Source of the DNA: Clostridia bacterium
GTDB lineage: Bacteria > Bacillota > Clostridia > RGIG6154
Length of the DNA: 64,000 bases
NCBI GenBank assembly: GCA_045589295.1
Contig: JAZNOU010000012.1
Coordinates: forward strand, 128,001 to 192,000
Direction: 5' to 3'
Of the stretch, positions 31,458 to 41,561 are shown piece after piece. Made by a program: the position numbers and the translations under genes. The notes beneath the pieces are model-generated. The model was not told where the DNA came from. It saw only the letters and a list, made by a program, of their open reading frames with translations, and searched no databases. Positions within the stretch are counted from its first letter, which is position 1. Every line of letters begins with the position of its first letter.

Positions 31458-33662
31458 ATGAACAAATTGGGCAAAGGTGTTAAAATAAGATTAGTAGGTT
31501 CGCTTTATTTAGTGTTTGCTCTGCTGGCACTTTTGGTTGTACGCATATCATATCACCAGTTTGTAAAAGGTGAAGAATACAGCCGCATGGCAATCGAACA
31601 GCAAACCCGTGACAGAATAATCAGTTCCAAGAGAGGAACCATTTATGACCGAAATATGAAACCTTTGGCAGTATCTGCATCGGTTGAAACCGTTACTGCC
31701 AATCCCAGCGTTGTAAAAGCGGAAAAGCAGGCAGAAGAAACAGCCAGATACCTAGCTGACATTCTTGGTGAAGAATATAATGATATATATAAAAAGCTGA
31801 CTAAAAACAGCAGTTATGAATACATAAAAAGAAAAATTGAGTCAGAACAGGCTGAGCAAATCAAGAAATTAATGGCGGAAGGCAAACTAAAAGGCATAAG
31901 TCTTGATGAAGACTCAAAGAGATATTATCCTTATTCAAACTTTGCCTCCCACGTAATAGGTTTTACGGGAATAGACAATCAGGGACTTTCTGGAATTGAA
32001 CTTATGTATGACAGCTATTTAAAAGGCACTTCGGGAAGAGTGGTTTCCGCAACAAATGCAATAGGACGTGATATGCCTTATGAGTATGAAAGATACTACG
32101 GCTCAGAAGACGGACTTAATGTTGTTCTTACCATTGATGAAGTTGTTCAGCACTTTGCGGAAAGAAATTTAGAAACCGCAATTTTAGACAACGATGTTAA
32201 AAATGGTGCAGCTGCTATTGTTATGGATGTAAAAACGGGTGAAATATTAGCGATGGCTACTAAACCCGACTATGACCTTAATCAGCCATTGGTTGTAACA
32301 AATCCAAGTGATGTTGAGGTTTTGGAAAGCCTTGACCAAAACAGTCAGGAGTATAAAGATAAACTTTCGGCAGCACGTAATAAAATGTGGAGAAACAAAG
32401 CGGTTGTTGACTCATATGAACCGGGTTCAACTTTTAAAATTTTAACTTCTGCAATTGCTTTGGAAGAGGGTGCGGTTACCTTAAACAGTACATTTAATTG
32501 TAATGGAGCTAAAAAGGTTGCAGGTGAAACAATCAGATGCTGGAAAGCGGGAGGACACGGTTTTCAGGACCTTGCAAAAGCAATCCAAAACTCATGTAAC
32601 CCTGCGTTTATGGATATTGGTGAAAGAGTTGGAAAGGAAAACTTTTTTAAATACACAAAAGCGTTTGGATTAAGAGATACAACAGGAATTGACCTCCCAG
32701 GAGAAACACAGGGAATTTTCTTTTCCGAATCTAACTATGGTGTAGTTGAAAATGCAACGACATCATTCGGACAGGGTTTTCAGGTAACTCCAATTCAGCT
32801 TATAAGTGCCGTTGCTGCTGTTGCAAATGACGGCAAATATATGAAACCTCATATTGTAAAACAGCTTACAGACTCTAGCGGAAAAGTTGTTAAAAAGTTT
32901 GAGGGAGAATTTGTGCGTCAGACAGTTTCAAAGGAAACAAGCGACCAGCTTTGCCTTTTGTTGGAAGAGGCAGTACACACAGGTTCTGGTAAAAACGCAT
33001 ACATTCAAGGATACAGAATTGCAGGAAAAACAGGAACAAGTGAAAAACAGCCGAGAAGTGCAGGCAAAAAAATTGCATCAATGGTTGCGTTTGCACCTGC
33101 TGACGATCCGCAGGTTGCTGTGCTTGTTATGCTTGATGAGCCTGAGGGCGGTCAATATTTTGGTGGTGTAATAGCAGCGCCTGTTGTTGGGAATATTATG
33201 AATGACGTTCTTCAGTATTTAAATGTTGAGAGAACACTTTCTAGTGAAGAAATAGAAAATGCAGACATAACTGTGCCTGACATCTTGGACAAAACAAGGA
33301 CAGAAGCAGTTGAAAAGTTATCTTCTGCAGGTTTTAGGGCAAATGTTATCGGAGACGGACAAAATATAGTAAAACAAGTACCAAAATCAGGAACAAGATT
33401 GCAAAAAGGTGCAACAGTTTTACTCTATACAACAGATACTGAACCGCAGACTGTAACTGTTCCTTCGGTCATAGGTCAGTCGGTGCTTTCTGCAAATTCA
33501 AGTATAGTGAGTGCAGGGCTTAACTTTAAGATTTCAGGTGCCGGCAGAATGACGGGTGAAGGTGGTCAGACGGCGGCGGTAAAACAAGATCCTGAAGCGG
33601 GAAGTGTAGTAGAGCGCGGTAGTGTTGTTTATGTTGAGTTCAGGCATCTGGATGTAGAATAG
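31458..33662 (+). CDS. Class B penicillin-binding protein (SpoVD/FtsI type) with two PASTA domains
   Basis: KRGTIYDRN, EPGSTFK (SxxK), SCN, KTGT, C-terminal PASTA repeats. Confidence 0.92.
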   Translation: MNKLGKGVKIRLVGSLYLVFALLALLVVRISYHQFVKGEEYSRMAIEQQTRDRIISSKRGTIYDRNMKPLAVSASVETVTANPSVVKAEKQAEETARYLADILGEEYNDIYKKLTKNSSYEYIKRKIESEQAEQIKKLMAEGKLKGISLDEDSKRYYPYSNFASHVIGFTGIDNQGLSGIELMYDSYLKGTSGRVVSATNAIGRDMPYEYERYYGSEDGLNVVLTIDEVVQHFAERNLETAILDNDVKNGAAAIVMDVKTGEILAMATKPDYDLNQPLVVTNPSDVEVLESLDQNSQEYKDKLSAARNKMWRNKAVVDSYEPGSTFKILTSAIALEEGAVTLNSTFNCNGAKKVAGETIRCWKAGGHGFQDLAKAIQNSCNPAFMDIGERVGKENFFKYTKAFGLRDTTGIDLPGETQGIFFSESNYGVVENATTSFGQGFQVTPIQLISAVAAVANDGKYMKPHIVKQLTDSSGKVVKKFEGEFVRQTVSKETSDQLCLLLEEAVHTGSGKNAYIQGYRIAGKTGTSEKQPRSAGKKIASMVAFAPADDPQVAVLVMLDEPEGGQYFGGVIAAPVVGNIMNDVLQYLNVERTLSSEEIENADITVPDILDKTRTEAVEKLSSAGFRANVIGDGQNIVKQVPKSGTRLQKGATVLLYTTDTEPQTVTVPSVIGQSVLSANSSIVSAGLNFKISGAGRMTGEGGQTAAVKQDPEAGSVVERGSVVYVEFRHLDVE

Positions 33663-33672
33663 GGGAGTATTT

Positions 33673-35091
33673 ATGTTGTTAAAAGACTTGCTCATTGGTG
33701 TGCAGTATAGCGGAAATGCCGATATTGAGATTAAGGATATTGTAAGCGATTCCAGGAAAGTCGGCAAGGCAAGTGCCTTTGTGTGCATAAAAGGCTACGA
33801 AACTGATGGGCATAACTATGCCAAAATTGCTGCAGCCAGTGGTGCTGCTGTAATAATTGCAGAGCATGAAACAGATGCAAACTGTCCTACTGTTATTGTC
33901 AAGGATTCAAGAAACGTTATGGCACTTTTGTGTGCAAACTTTTATCAGAACCCTTCAAAAGAGTTTAAACTTGTAGGTATAACAGGTACAAATGGCAAGA
34001 CTACAACAACATATTTAATTAAAAATATTCTTGAAAAAGCAGGTCAAAAAGTAGGCTTGATAGGCACCAATCACAATATGATAGGCGACAGAATTATAGA
34101 AACTAAAAGAACAACTCCTGACTCGTTTGAACTTCAGGCACTTTTTAAGGAAATGGCATCTGAAAAGGTAGATACAGTCGTTATGGAGGTTTCCTCTCAC
34201 GCACTTTTCTTAGATCGTGTGGCGTATTGTGATTTTGATGTGGGAGTGTTTACAAATCTTACTCAGGACCATCTTGATTTCCATAAAACAATGGAAAACT
34301 ATGCAGATGCAAAGGCAATCCTGTTTAAAATGTGTAAAAAAGGCGTAGTTAACGCAGACGATAAATATGTAGATAGAATTATAAATGGTGCTACATCCGA
34401 AATATCAACTTTTGGTGTAAAAACCAATAGTGATCTTTTAGCAAAAGATGTGGTACTTAAAGAAAACGGCGTTGAATTTTGGGCAGGCGGAAATTCTTAC
34501 AGCTTGCCAATCCCGGGAGAATTTTCGGTATACAATGCACTTTGTGCAATATCTGCTGCAAAAGCACTGGGAATTGATGAAACAATAATTGCTGAGGGCA
34601 TTAAAACTGCTCACGGAGTTAAGGGTAGAGCACAGGTTGTAGATTTGGGACTTGATGCAACATTTATAATTGATTACGCCCATACGCCTGATGGTGTTGA
34701 AAATATTTTAAACACTGTTAAAGGGTTTGCAAAAGGCAGAGTTATCGTGCTTTTCGGGTGTGGTGGAGACAGAGATAATAAAAAACGTCCCATTATGGGT
34801 GAAATTGCAGACAAACTGGCTGATTTTTGCATAGTTACATCTGACAATCCGCGAACAGAAAATCCTACAGAAATTATCAATCAGATTTTAGTGGGAATGA
34901 AAGGCAAGCATCATATTGTAATTGAAAACAGACGCGATGCCATAAAATATGCAGTTGTAAATGCAAAAAAAGGTGATGTCGTTGTGCTTGCGGGCAAGGG
35001 GCACGAAACATATCAGACCATAGGAAAAGAAAATTTTCCGTTTGATGAAGAAAAAATTTTGTTTGAAATAAAAGAAGAATTGGGGGTGTGA
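33673..35091 (+). CDS. murE: UDP-MurNAc-tripeptide synthetase (meso-DAP type)
   Basis: GTNGKTT, MEVSSH, DYAHTPD, DNPR. Confidence 0.96.
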   Translation: MLLKDLLIGVQYSGNADIEIKDIVSDSRKVGKASAFVCIKGYETDGHNYAKIAAASGAAVIIAEHETDANCPTVIVKDSRNVMALLCANFYQNPSKEFKLVGITGTNGKTTTTYLIKNILEKAGQKVGLIGTNHNMIGDRIIETKRTTPDSFELQALFKEMASEKVDTVVMEVSSHALFLDRVAYCDFDVGVFTNLTQDHLDFHKTMENYADAKAILFKMCKKGVVNADDKYVDRIINGATSEISTFGVKTNSDLLAKDVVLKENGVEFWAGGNSYSLPIPGEFSVYNALCAISAAKALGIDETIIAEGIKTAHGVKGRAQVVDLGLDATFIIDYAHTPDGVENILNTVKGFAKGRVIVLFGCGGDRDNKKRPIMGEIADKLADFCIVTSDNPRTENPTEIINQILVGMKGKHHIVIENRRDAIKYAVVNAKKGDVVVLAGKGHETYQTIGKENFPFDEEKILFEIKEELGV

Positions 35092-35097
35092 AAAAGC

Positions 35098-36459
35098 ATG
35101 CTTACAACAGCGGATATTTTAAAAGCAACGGGCGGCGAGCTTATCTCGGGCACGGGTGATAAAAAAATAACAGATATAAATACTGATACAAGGGTTATAA
35201 AAGAGGGTATGCTTTTTGTTGCACTTGTAGGAAGTTCTTTTGATGGAAATGACTATGTTCATCAGGCGGTTAAAGCAGGCGCTGCAGGTTGTGTGGTTTC
35301 AAGGCGAGTTGAAGCAGATACAGATGTCATTTTAGTTGAGGATACCACAATAGCACTTGGACAAATTGCAAAATATTACAAAGAAAAATTCAGTGTGCCA
35401 TTTGTTGGAATTACGGGAAGTGTTGGTAAAACAACAACAAAGGATATGATTTCATGTGCGCTTTCTTGTAAATACAACGTACTTAAAACCTATAAAAATT
35501 TTAACAATCATATTGGACTTCCTCTTACTCTTTTAAGACTTGAAAAAGAGCATGAGGTCGGTGTAATCGAAATGGGAATGAGCGGGTTTGGTGAAATTGA
35601 CTATCTTGCAAGTCTTGTTCATCCCGATGTTGCAGTGTTTACAAATATCGGGCTTTCGCATGTTGAAAAACTTGGATCAAGGGAAAATATTTTAAAAGCA
35701 AAAACTGAAATGCTAGCACATCTTAAAGATGACGGACTTGTTGTTTTGTGCGCAGATGATGATATGCTTTTGACATTAAAAGATGGGTTAAAACATAAAT
35801 ATGTTTATTATGGAATAGAAAACAAAGATGCAGACATTTTTGCTGAAAATATAGTTTCTGATGGGGTAAATACAGAGTTTGATATAGTTGAAAATTCAGA
35901 AGTATATCACGCATCAATTCCTGTGCTTGGGGAACATAATGTAAAAAATGCATTGGCGGCATTTGCAGTTGCAAGACATTTTAGGACACAGCCATGTGAT
36001 ATAATAAATGCGCTAAAAGACTTTGTGCCCGGCCAGATGAGACAAAATATTTTAAAGTCAGGCGGCATTACTGTGATAAATGATTGCTATAATGCAAGTC
36101 CGTCTTCGGCTGAGGCTGGTCTTAAAATATTAAATCAGTTAAGCGGACAAAGAAAGATAGCGGTTTTGGGTGACATGCTGGAAATGGGGGACCTTTCTGA
36201 GTATGCGCACAGGCTTGTGGGAAAATATGTCGTTGATTTTGATGTCGACTTTTTAATTACTGTCGGAAATAAGAGTGAGGAAATTGTAAACGGAGCGATA
36301 GAAAACGGGTTTAACAAGAACAACGCAAAAAGTTTTGCCGACAACCAAAGTGCAATTGAGTTTTTAGACAGCTTTGTAAAAGAGGGCGACATTATATTAG
36401 TTAAGGCATCACGTTCTATGAAACTTGAAGAAATTTCTGAGCATTTGCTCGATTTTTAA
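35098..36459 (+). CDS. murF: UDP-MurNAc-pentapeptide synthetase
   Basis: GSVGKTTTK, NFNNHIG, NDCYNASP, GDMLEMG, KASR. Confidence 0.95.
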   Translation: MLTTADILKATGGELISGTGDKKITDINTDTRVIKEGMLFVALVGSSFDGNDYVHQAVKAGAAGCVVSRRVEADTDVILVEDTTIALGQIAKYYKEKFSVPFVGITGSVGKTTTKDMISCALSCKYNVLKTYKNFNNHIGLPLTLLRLEKEHEVGVIEMGMSGFGEIDYLASLVHPDVAVFTNIGLSHVEKLGSRENILKAKTEMLAHLKDDGLVVLCADDDMLLTLKDGLKHKYVYYGIENKDADIFAENIVSDGVNTEFDIVENSEVYHASIPVLGEHNVKNALAAFAVARHFRTQPCDIINALKDFVPGQMRQNILKSGGITVINDCYNASPSSAEAGLKILNQLSGQRKIAVLGDMLEMGDLSEYAHRLVGKYVVDFDVDFLITVGNKSEEIVNGAIENGFNKNNAKSFADNQSAIEFLDSFVKEGDIILVKASRSMKLEEISEHLLDF

Positions 36460-36476
36460 CAAAGGAGATTTGCAAA

Positions 36477-37430
36477 ATGGATATGGCGGTTTATATAAGT
36501 CTTGTAGTTTCGTTTGTACTTACTGCGGTAATAATGCCTGTTTTAATTCCTGTGCTTCACAAATTGAAATTTGGGCAAACTATAAGGGAAATAGGACCTA
36601 AATGGCACGAAAACAAAAACGGAACACCCACTATGGGCGGAGTTTGTTTTGTTTTGGTTATTTCTGTTGTTGCCTTTTGTATGTGTTCATCTCCCGCATT
36701 AAGACTTTCGGTTGCGGCAGTATTTTTATATGGGCTAATTGGCTTTTTAGATGACTTTATAAAAATTTATTTTAAAAGAAATTTAGGACTAAATGAAAAG
36801 CAGAAACTTGCAGGGCAGACACTTGTTTCGGCAGCATTTTTAGTTACCGCTGTAAAGCTTGGGTATATAACAACAGAAATCACAATCCCGTTTACAAGTT
36901 TTGCAATCGACTTTTCGTGGTTTTATGTGATTTTTATGACTGTATTTATGGTAGGTTTTACAAATGCAGTTAATTTGACTGATGGTTTAGATGGACTTGC
37001 AACAAGTGTTACTGCGGTTGTTACTTTGTTTTTTACAATAGTATCAATACTTTTGAGAAACTATGATGTGTCGTATTTTTCGGCAAGTATTACAGGTGCT
37101 CTGATAGGATTTTTAATTTATAATTATCATCCTGCAAAAGTGTTTATGGGTGATACGGGTTCGCTTTATTTAGGTGGTGCGGTTAGTGTACTTGCAATTT
37201 TACTTAAAATGGAACTGATTTTAATTCTTGTGGGTATAGTATATGTAATTGAGGCTCTTTCTGTAATCATTCAGGTTGCTTACTACAAGAAGACCAAAAA
37301 AAGAATTTTCCTTATGGCGCCAATTCACCATCATTTTGAAATGAAGGGATTAAAGGAAGTTCAGATTGTTTATATTTTCTCGCTTGTTACTTTAGTCTGC
37401 GGAATAATTTCGCTATTTGCAGTAGTTTAA
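36477..37430 (+). CDS. mraY: Phospho-MurNAc-pentapeptide transferase
   Basis: GTPTMGG, NAVNLTDGLDG, FMGDTGS, PIHHHFE. Confidence 0.97.
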   Translation: MDMAVYISLVVSFVLTAVIMPVLIPVLHKLKFGQTIREIGPKWHENKNGTPTMGGVCFVLVISVVAFCMCSSPALRLSVAAVFLYGLIGFLDDFIKIYFKRNLGLNEKQKLAGQTLVSAAFLVTAVKLGYITTEITIPFTSFAIDFSWFYVIFMTVFMVGFTNAVNLTDGLDGLATSVTAVVTLFFTIVSILLRNYDVSYFSASITGALIGFLIYNYHPAKVFMGDTGSLYLGGAVSVLAILLKMELILILVGIVYVIEALSVIIQVAYYKKTKKRIFLMAPIHHHFEMKGLKEVQIVYIFSLVTLVCGIISLFAVV

Positions 37431-37450
37431 AAAAGAAAGGTGAAGGAACA

Positions 37451-38584
37451 TTGAATAAAAAAAAGGGGAAGCTGTCTATAAAAAAGGAACTGTTTGGTTT
37501 TTCAAAGACTGACCCTGTTTTATCCAATCTCGTTTTAATACTTGTATGTTTTGGGCTGATTATGTGTTTCTCTGCATCAGCTCCTACAGCTCAGGTGCAA
37601 AACGGTGACAGTTATTTTTTCTTAAAAAGACAGATGATTTGGGCAGTAATTGGCTTTGTAGCCATGGCTTTTACTGCAAACTTTAATTATAAAAATTACA
37701 GAAAATATTCTTTTATGCTTTATGTAATAACTATCGGACTTTTGTTGATAGTTTTACTATTCCCGGGGATTAACGGTGCAAAAAGATGGATTGGTATTGG
37801 CGGTTTTTCTTTTCAGCCGTCTGAGGTTGCCAAATACGCACTTATTATAATGATATCTCACAAAATGTCGGTCCAGGATTGGGAAAAATCGGAATTTTTT
37901 AGAGATTTTGTGCCATATCTTATTCTGTATGGCGTGTTTGCTCTTCTTTTGATGCTGGAACCTCATTTCAGCTGTACACTTTTATTGTTTGGTGTTACAG
38001 TTGCAATGCTTTTTGTAGCAGGAGCGAAAAAGAAGCATTTTGCAATATGCTTATTGGTAGCAATCCCTGCGATAATATTTCTGGCATTTAGCGGATACAG
38101 AGCGGAACGTATGGCTGTATTCCTTAACCCGATGGCAAGCGATCCGAGTGGTGAGGGTTGGCAGATAAGGCAGTCGCTTTATGCAATCGGCTCAGGCGGT
38201 ATGTTTGGACTTGGAATAGGTCAGAGCAGACAGAAGTTTTTATATCTTCCCGAACCTCAGAATGACTTTATTTTTGCAGTTATTTGTGAGGAACTTGGCT
38301 TTGTTGGAGCTACAGTTGTTTTGTTATTGTTTGCTGCGCTTGTTTGGAGAGGAATTTATATAGCAGTAAATGCTCCTGATAAATTCAGTTGCTTTTTGGC
38401 AACCGGCATTACCGCGCTTGTTGCTATTCAGGTTATAATAAATGTTGCGGTTGTTACGTCGTCTATGCCTGTTACAGGTATGCCGCTTCCGTTTTTCAGT
38501 GCGGGAGGCTCATCTTTGGTATTTTTAATGGCAGGTATGGGAATACTTCTTAACATATCAAAATATATAGGAAGACGAAAGTAA
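37451..38584 (+). CDS. ftsW: SEDS glycosyltransferase FtsW/SpoVE
   Basis: GAKRWI, QPSEVAK, LPEPQNDFIF, PVTGMPLPF..GGSS. Confidence 0.92.
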   Translation: MNKKKGKLSIKKELFGFSKTDPVLSNLVLILVCFGLIMCFSASAPTAQVQNGDSYFFLKRQMIWAVIGFVAMAFTANFNYKNYRKYSFMLYVITIGLLLIVLLFPGINGAKRWIGIGGFSFQPSEVAKYALIIMISHKMSVQDWEKSEFFRDFVPYLILYGVFALLLMLEPHFSCTLLLFGVTVAMLFVAGAKKKHFAICLLVAIPAIIFLAFSGYRAERMAVFLNPMASDPSGEGWQIRQSLYAIGSGGMFGLGIGQSRQKFLYLPEPQNDFIFAVICEELGFVGATVVLLLFAALVWRGIYIAVNAPDKFSCFLATGITALVAIQVIINVAVVTSSMPVTGMPLPFFSAGGSSLVFLMAGMGILLNISKYIGRRK

Positions 38585-38639
38585 CCAAAAATTTAACAGT
38601 TGCATAAGATAAAGCATAGCTTTGTTGGAGGTGCAACTA

Positions 38640-39890
38640 ATGAATTGCTTTGTTATGTCGGGAGGCAGGCGTCTTGAAGGTGAAATTACCGTTCAGGGTG
38701 CTAAAAATTCAGCATTGCCGCTGATAGCTGCCTGCCTTTTAAACAAAGGAAAGTGTGTTATTCACGATTGCCCCGATTTATCTGATGTGCGAGCGGCGGT
38801 TGATATTTTAAAATGCTTAGGGTGCGATGCAAAATATTCAGATAATACGGTGATTTGTAATTCCGAGCATGCAAACAAGCATGTTGTTCCCGAGTATCTT
38901 ATGAACAAAATGCGTTCATCGGTGATATTTTTGGGGAGTATGATTTCCAATATGAAAAAAGCGATACTCTCATACCCCGGTGGATGCGAGATAGGTGCAA
39001 GACCTATTGATATACATATCGAAAGCCTTAAAAAATTAGGTGTTGATATTTTAGAGTGTGAAAATCATCTTACGTGTTTAGCAAATGGAATTGTTCCGTG
39101 CAAAATTGTATTGCCGTTTCCGAGTGTAGGCGCAACAGAAAATATTATGCTTGCAACGGCTGTTTCAAATGGAAAGACAATTATAGAAAATGCGGCTAAA
39201 GAGCCTGAAATTGTGGATTTGCAGAATTTTTTAAATTCAATGGGCGCACACATTTTTGGTGCGGAAACAGGTACAATACAGATAGATGGAGCGGATGAAC
39301 TTTTTAACACCGAATACACTGTTATTCCTGACAGAATTGCTGCAGCAACTTTTATGTGCTCGGCTCTGGCAACAGACGGAGAAATTGTTTTAAACAACGT
39401 AAGGTGCGACCATTTGGATGCAGTAATAAATGCACTTCGCAAATCAGGTGCGCAGATACACACTGATACAACTCAGTTGAGCATAAAAAGAGGTAAATAT
39501 TTTTCAGGCATTGGAAGTCTTGAAACAGAGGTTTATCCCGCGTTCCCAACAGATGCACAGCCTGTTCTTACAGCAGCTCTTTCGGTTGCTGACGGAAAAA
39601 CTGTTTTAAGAGAAAAAATATTTACCGACAGATTTCGCCATGTGCCTTATATGAACAATATGGGTGCAGACATAAAAGTTTTTGGCGACACTGCAGAAAT
39701 AAACGGTGTTGAAAGCCTAAACGGCGATATGCTGCTTGCTCATGAACTGCGCGGAGGTGCTGCACTTGTGATTGCGGGACTTTGTGCAAAGGGCAGGAGT
39801 ACTGTTGGCAATATTCAGTTTATTGACAGAGGTTATGAAAAATTAGAAAATACATTTAAACGCCTTGGTGCTGATATACAAAGAATTTAA
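38640..39890 (+). CDS. murA: UDP-GlcNAc 1-carboxyvinyltransferase
   Basis: GAKNSALP, PGGCEIGARP (catalytic Cys), SVGATEN, FPTDAQ; ATG at 38640 after GGAGGTG. Confidence 0.93.
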   Translation: MNCFVMSGGRRLEGEITVQGAKNSALPLIAACLLNKGKCVIHDCPDLSDVRAAVDILKCLGCDAKYSDNTVICNSEHANKHVVPEYLMNKMRSSVIFLGSMISNMKKAILSYPGGCEIGARPIDIHIESLKKLGVDILECENHLTCLANGIVPCKIVLPFPSVGATENIMLATAVSNGKTIIENAAKEPEIVDLQNFLNSMGAHIFGAETGTIQIDGADELFNTEYTVIPDRIAAATFMCSALATDGEIVLNNVRCDHLDAVINALRKSGAQIHTDTTQLSIKRGKYFSGIGSLETEVYPAFPTDAQPVLTAALSVADGKTVLREKIFTDRFRHVPYMNNMGADIKVFGDTAEINGVESLNGDMLLAHELRGGAALVIAGLCAKGRSTVGNIQFIDRGYEKLENTFKRLGADIQRI

Positions 39891-39901
39891 AGGTAAACAT
39901 A

Positions 39902-40675
39902 ATGGAAAAAAAGAAACAAACCAGCGGTAAAATAATTGATATTAACCGCAAGGAAATCAGAAAACGAAAAAAAAGAGCCGCCAGAAATCGATTTATATGT
40001 TTTTTGGCGGTTATAGCTGTTATATGCTTTTTGATGACGCCTGTTTTCAATATCAAATGGATTGATGTTGAGGGTAACCAGAAAACCAAATTTGGTGAAA
40101 TAGTAAAGGCATCAGGGGTTGAGTATGAGCAGAATATGTTCAGGTTGAATATTAAAAAGAGCAAACAGCAGATAAGGACGATAGCTTATATTGATGATGT
40201 TAAAATAGCCAGACATATTTCAGGCGGAGTAATGATAAAAGTTACTGAAAGAGAGCCTGTTGCTTGTTTAAAATACGCAAACGGCTTTGTGCTGATTGAT
40301 AAGGAAGGAAGGCTTTTAGAAACATTAAAAGAACCTACGGGGTATCCTGAAATTGTAGGCATTAAACTTTCAAAGCAAAAGATTGGCGATATATTAAAAG
40401 AAACTGATGAAGCTAAAATAGCCACTATGGATGAGCTTTTGGATAAACTTAAAGAACATGAGCTTTTACAAAGGACATCTAAAATTAACATTTCAAAAGC
40501 AAATAACGCAGAGTTTGTTATTGACGGCAATAAAAATATTATAACAGGTGGGAATTACAGACTCGATTATAAACTTATGATGCTAGAAGCAACAGTTTCA
40601 GAGCTTTCAAGGTCAGAAGCAGGAACGATAGATTTGTCAACAGAAGGTGAAGCACTCTTTACACCGGACGAGTAA
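39902..40675 (+). CDS. ftsQ: Cell division protein FtsQ/DivIB
   Basis: Basic N-terminus, one TM helix, POTRA-like segment, VTEREP. Confidence 0.8.
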   Translation: MEKKKQTSGKIIDINRKEIRKRKKRAARNRFICFLAVIAVICFLMTPVFNIKWIDVEGNQKTKFGEIVKASGVEYEQNMFRLNIKKSKQQIRTIAYIDDVKIARHISGGVMIKVTEREPVACLKYANGFVLIDKEGRLLETLKEPTGYPEIVGIKLSKQKIGDILKETDEAKIATMDELLDKLKEHELLQRTSKINISKANNAEFVIDGNKNIITGGNYRLDYKLMMLEATVSELSRSEAGTIDLSTEGEALFTPDE

Positions 40676-40690
40676 TCAAAACAGCAAGAC

Positions 40691-40719
40691 TTGACATAAA
40701 TATAATTTAATGTTAGAAT
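40691..40719 (+). promoter_or_regulatory. Sigma-A promoter upstream of the FMN riboswitch
   Basis: TTGACA-17 nt-TAGAAT. Confidence 0.8.
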
Positions 40720-40725
40720 GATTTT

Positions 40726-40835
40726 AAGCTTCGGGGCAGGGTGAGATTCCCTACCGGCGGTTATAGCCCGCGAGCGCAAAAGCGCAGATTTGGTGTAATT
40801 CCAAAGCCGACGGTAAAGTCCGGATGAAAGAAGTT
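40726..40835 (+). ncRNA. FMN riboswitch (RFN element)
   Basis: cttcggggcagggtgagattccctaccggcggt ... agcccgcga ... gccgacggtaaagtccggatgaaagaag. Confidence 0.96.
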
Positions 40836-40854
40836 GTAAAAATTAGTATTTTTT

Positions 40855-40886
40855 GTGCCCCCTTGCATTAGAGGGGCATTTTTTTG
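40855..40886 (+). terminator. Riboswitch expression-platform terminator
   Basis: tgcccc ... ggggca followed by T7, between aptamer and RBS. Confidence 0.85.
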
Positions 40887-40910
40887 TTCCAAAATGAAAG
40901 GAAGATTTAA

Positions 40911-41456
40911 ATGAAAAAGAAAAATTTAAGAAAACTTACAGTTATGGGACTTTTGTGTGCGGTGTCTGTGATTTTGGTGTCAATTATTCACTTTCCACTT
41001 TTTGCGGCAGCACCATTTTTAGAGTATGATCCGGCAGATGTTCCGATATTTATCGCAACATTTTCGTTTGGTCCTGTGGCAGGGTTTTTGGTTACTATAG
41101 TAACTTCTGTTATTCAAGGAACAACTGTCAGTGCATCAAGCGGACTTTACGGAATTTTAATGCACATAATTTCAACAGGAAGCTTTTGCCTTGTGTCAGG
41201 GGTTACATATAAAAAGTTTCACACAAAAAAGGGCGCTGCGATTTCACTTGTTATAGGAACACTTGCTATGACGCTTGTTATGATTCCTGCCAATCTATTT
41301 ATAACACCGTATTTTATGGGTGCACCTGTTTCTGTTATAAAGGGGTTACTTTTGCCCGTAATTATTCCTTTTAACTTTATTAAGGCGGCTGTAAACTCTG
41401 TTATAACATTTTTGCTTTACAAAAGAATTGCAAGACTGTGGGAAAATAAAGAATAA
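40911..41456 (+). CDS. ribU: ECF transporter S component, riboflavin
   Basis: PFLEYDPADVP S-component motif, multiple TM helices, FMN riboswitch upstream. Confidence 0.85.
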   Translation: MKKKNLRKLTVMGLLCAVSVILVSIIHFPLFAAAPFLEYDPADVPIFIATFSFGPVAGFLVTIVTSVIQGTTVSASSGLYGILMHIISTGSFCLVSGVTYKKFHTKKGAAISLVIGTLAMTLVMIPANLFITPYFMGAPVSVIKGLLLPVIIPFNFIKAAVNSVITFLLYKRIARLWENKE

Positions 41457-41505
41457 AAACGTGACTTTTAATTGAATTTGTGCCTATAAAGTCGAATGTA
41501 TCTAG

Positions 41506-41535
41506 TTGACAAAACTAGGTGCAAAGTGGTATAAT
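41506..41535 (+). promoter_or_regulatory. Sigma-A promoter; palindrome overlaps the -35 box
   Basis: TTGACA-18 nt-TATAAT with TG; CTAGTT-N5-AACTAG at 41502-41518. Confidence 0.7.
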
Positions 41536-41561
41536 TTACAAAAAAGTTAAAGGGGTGCATC

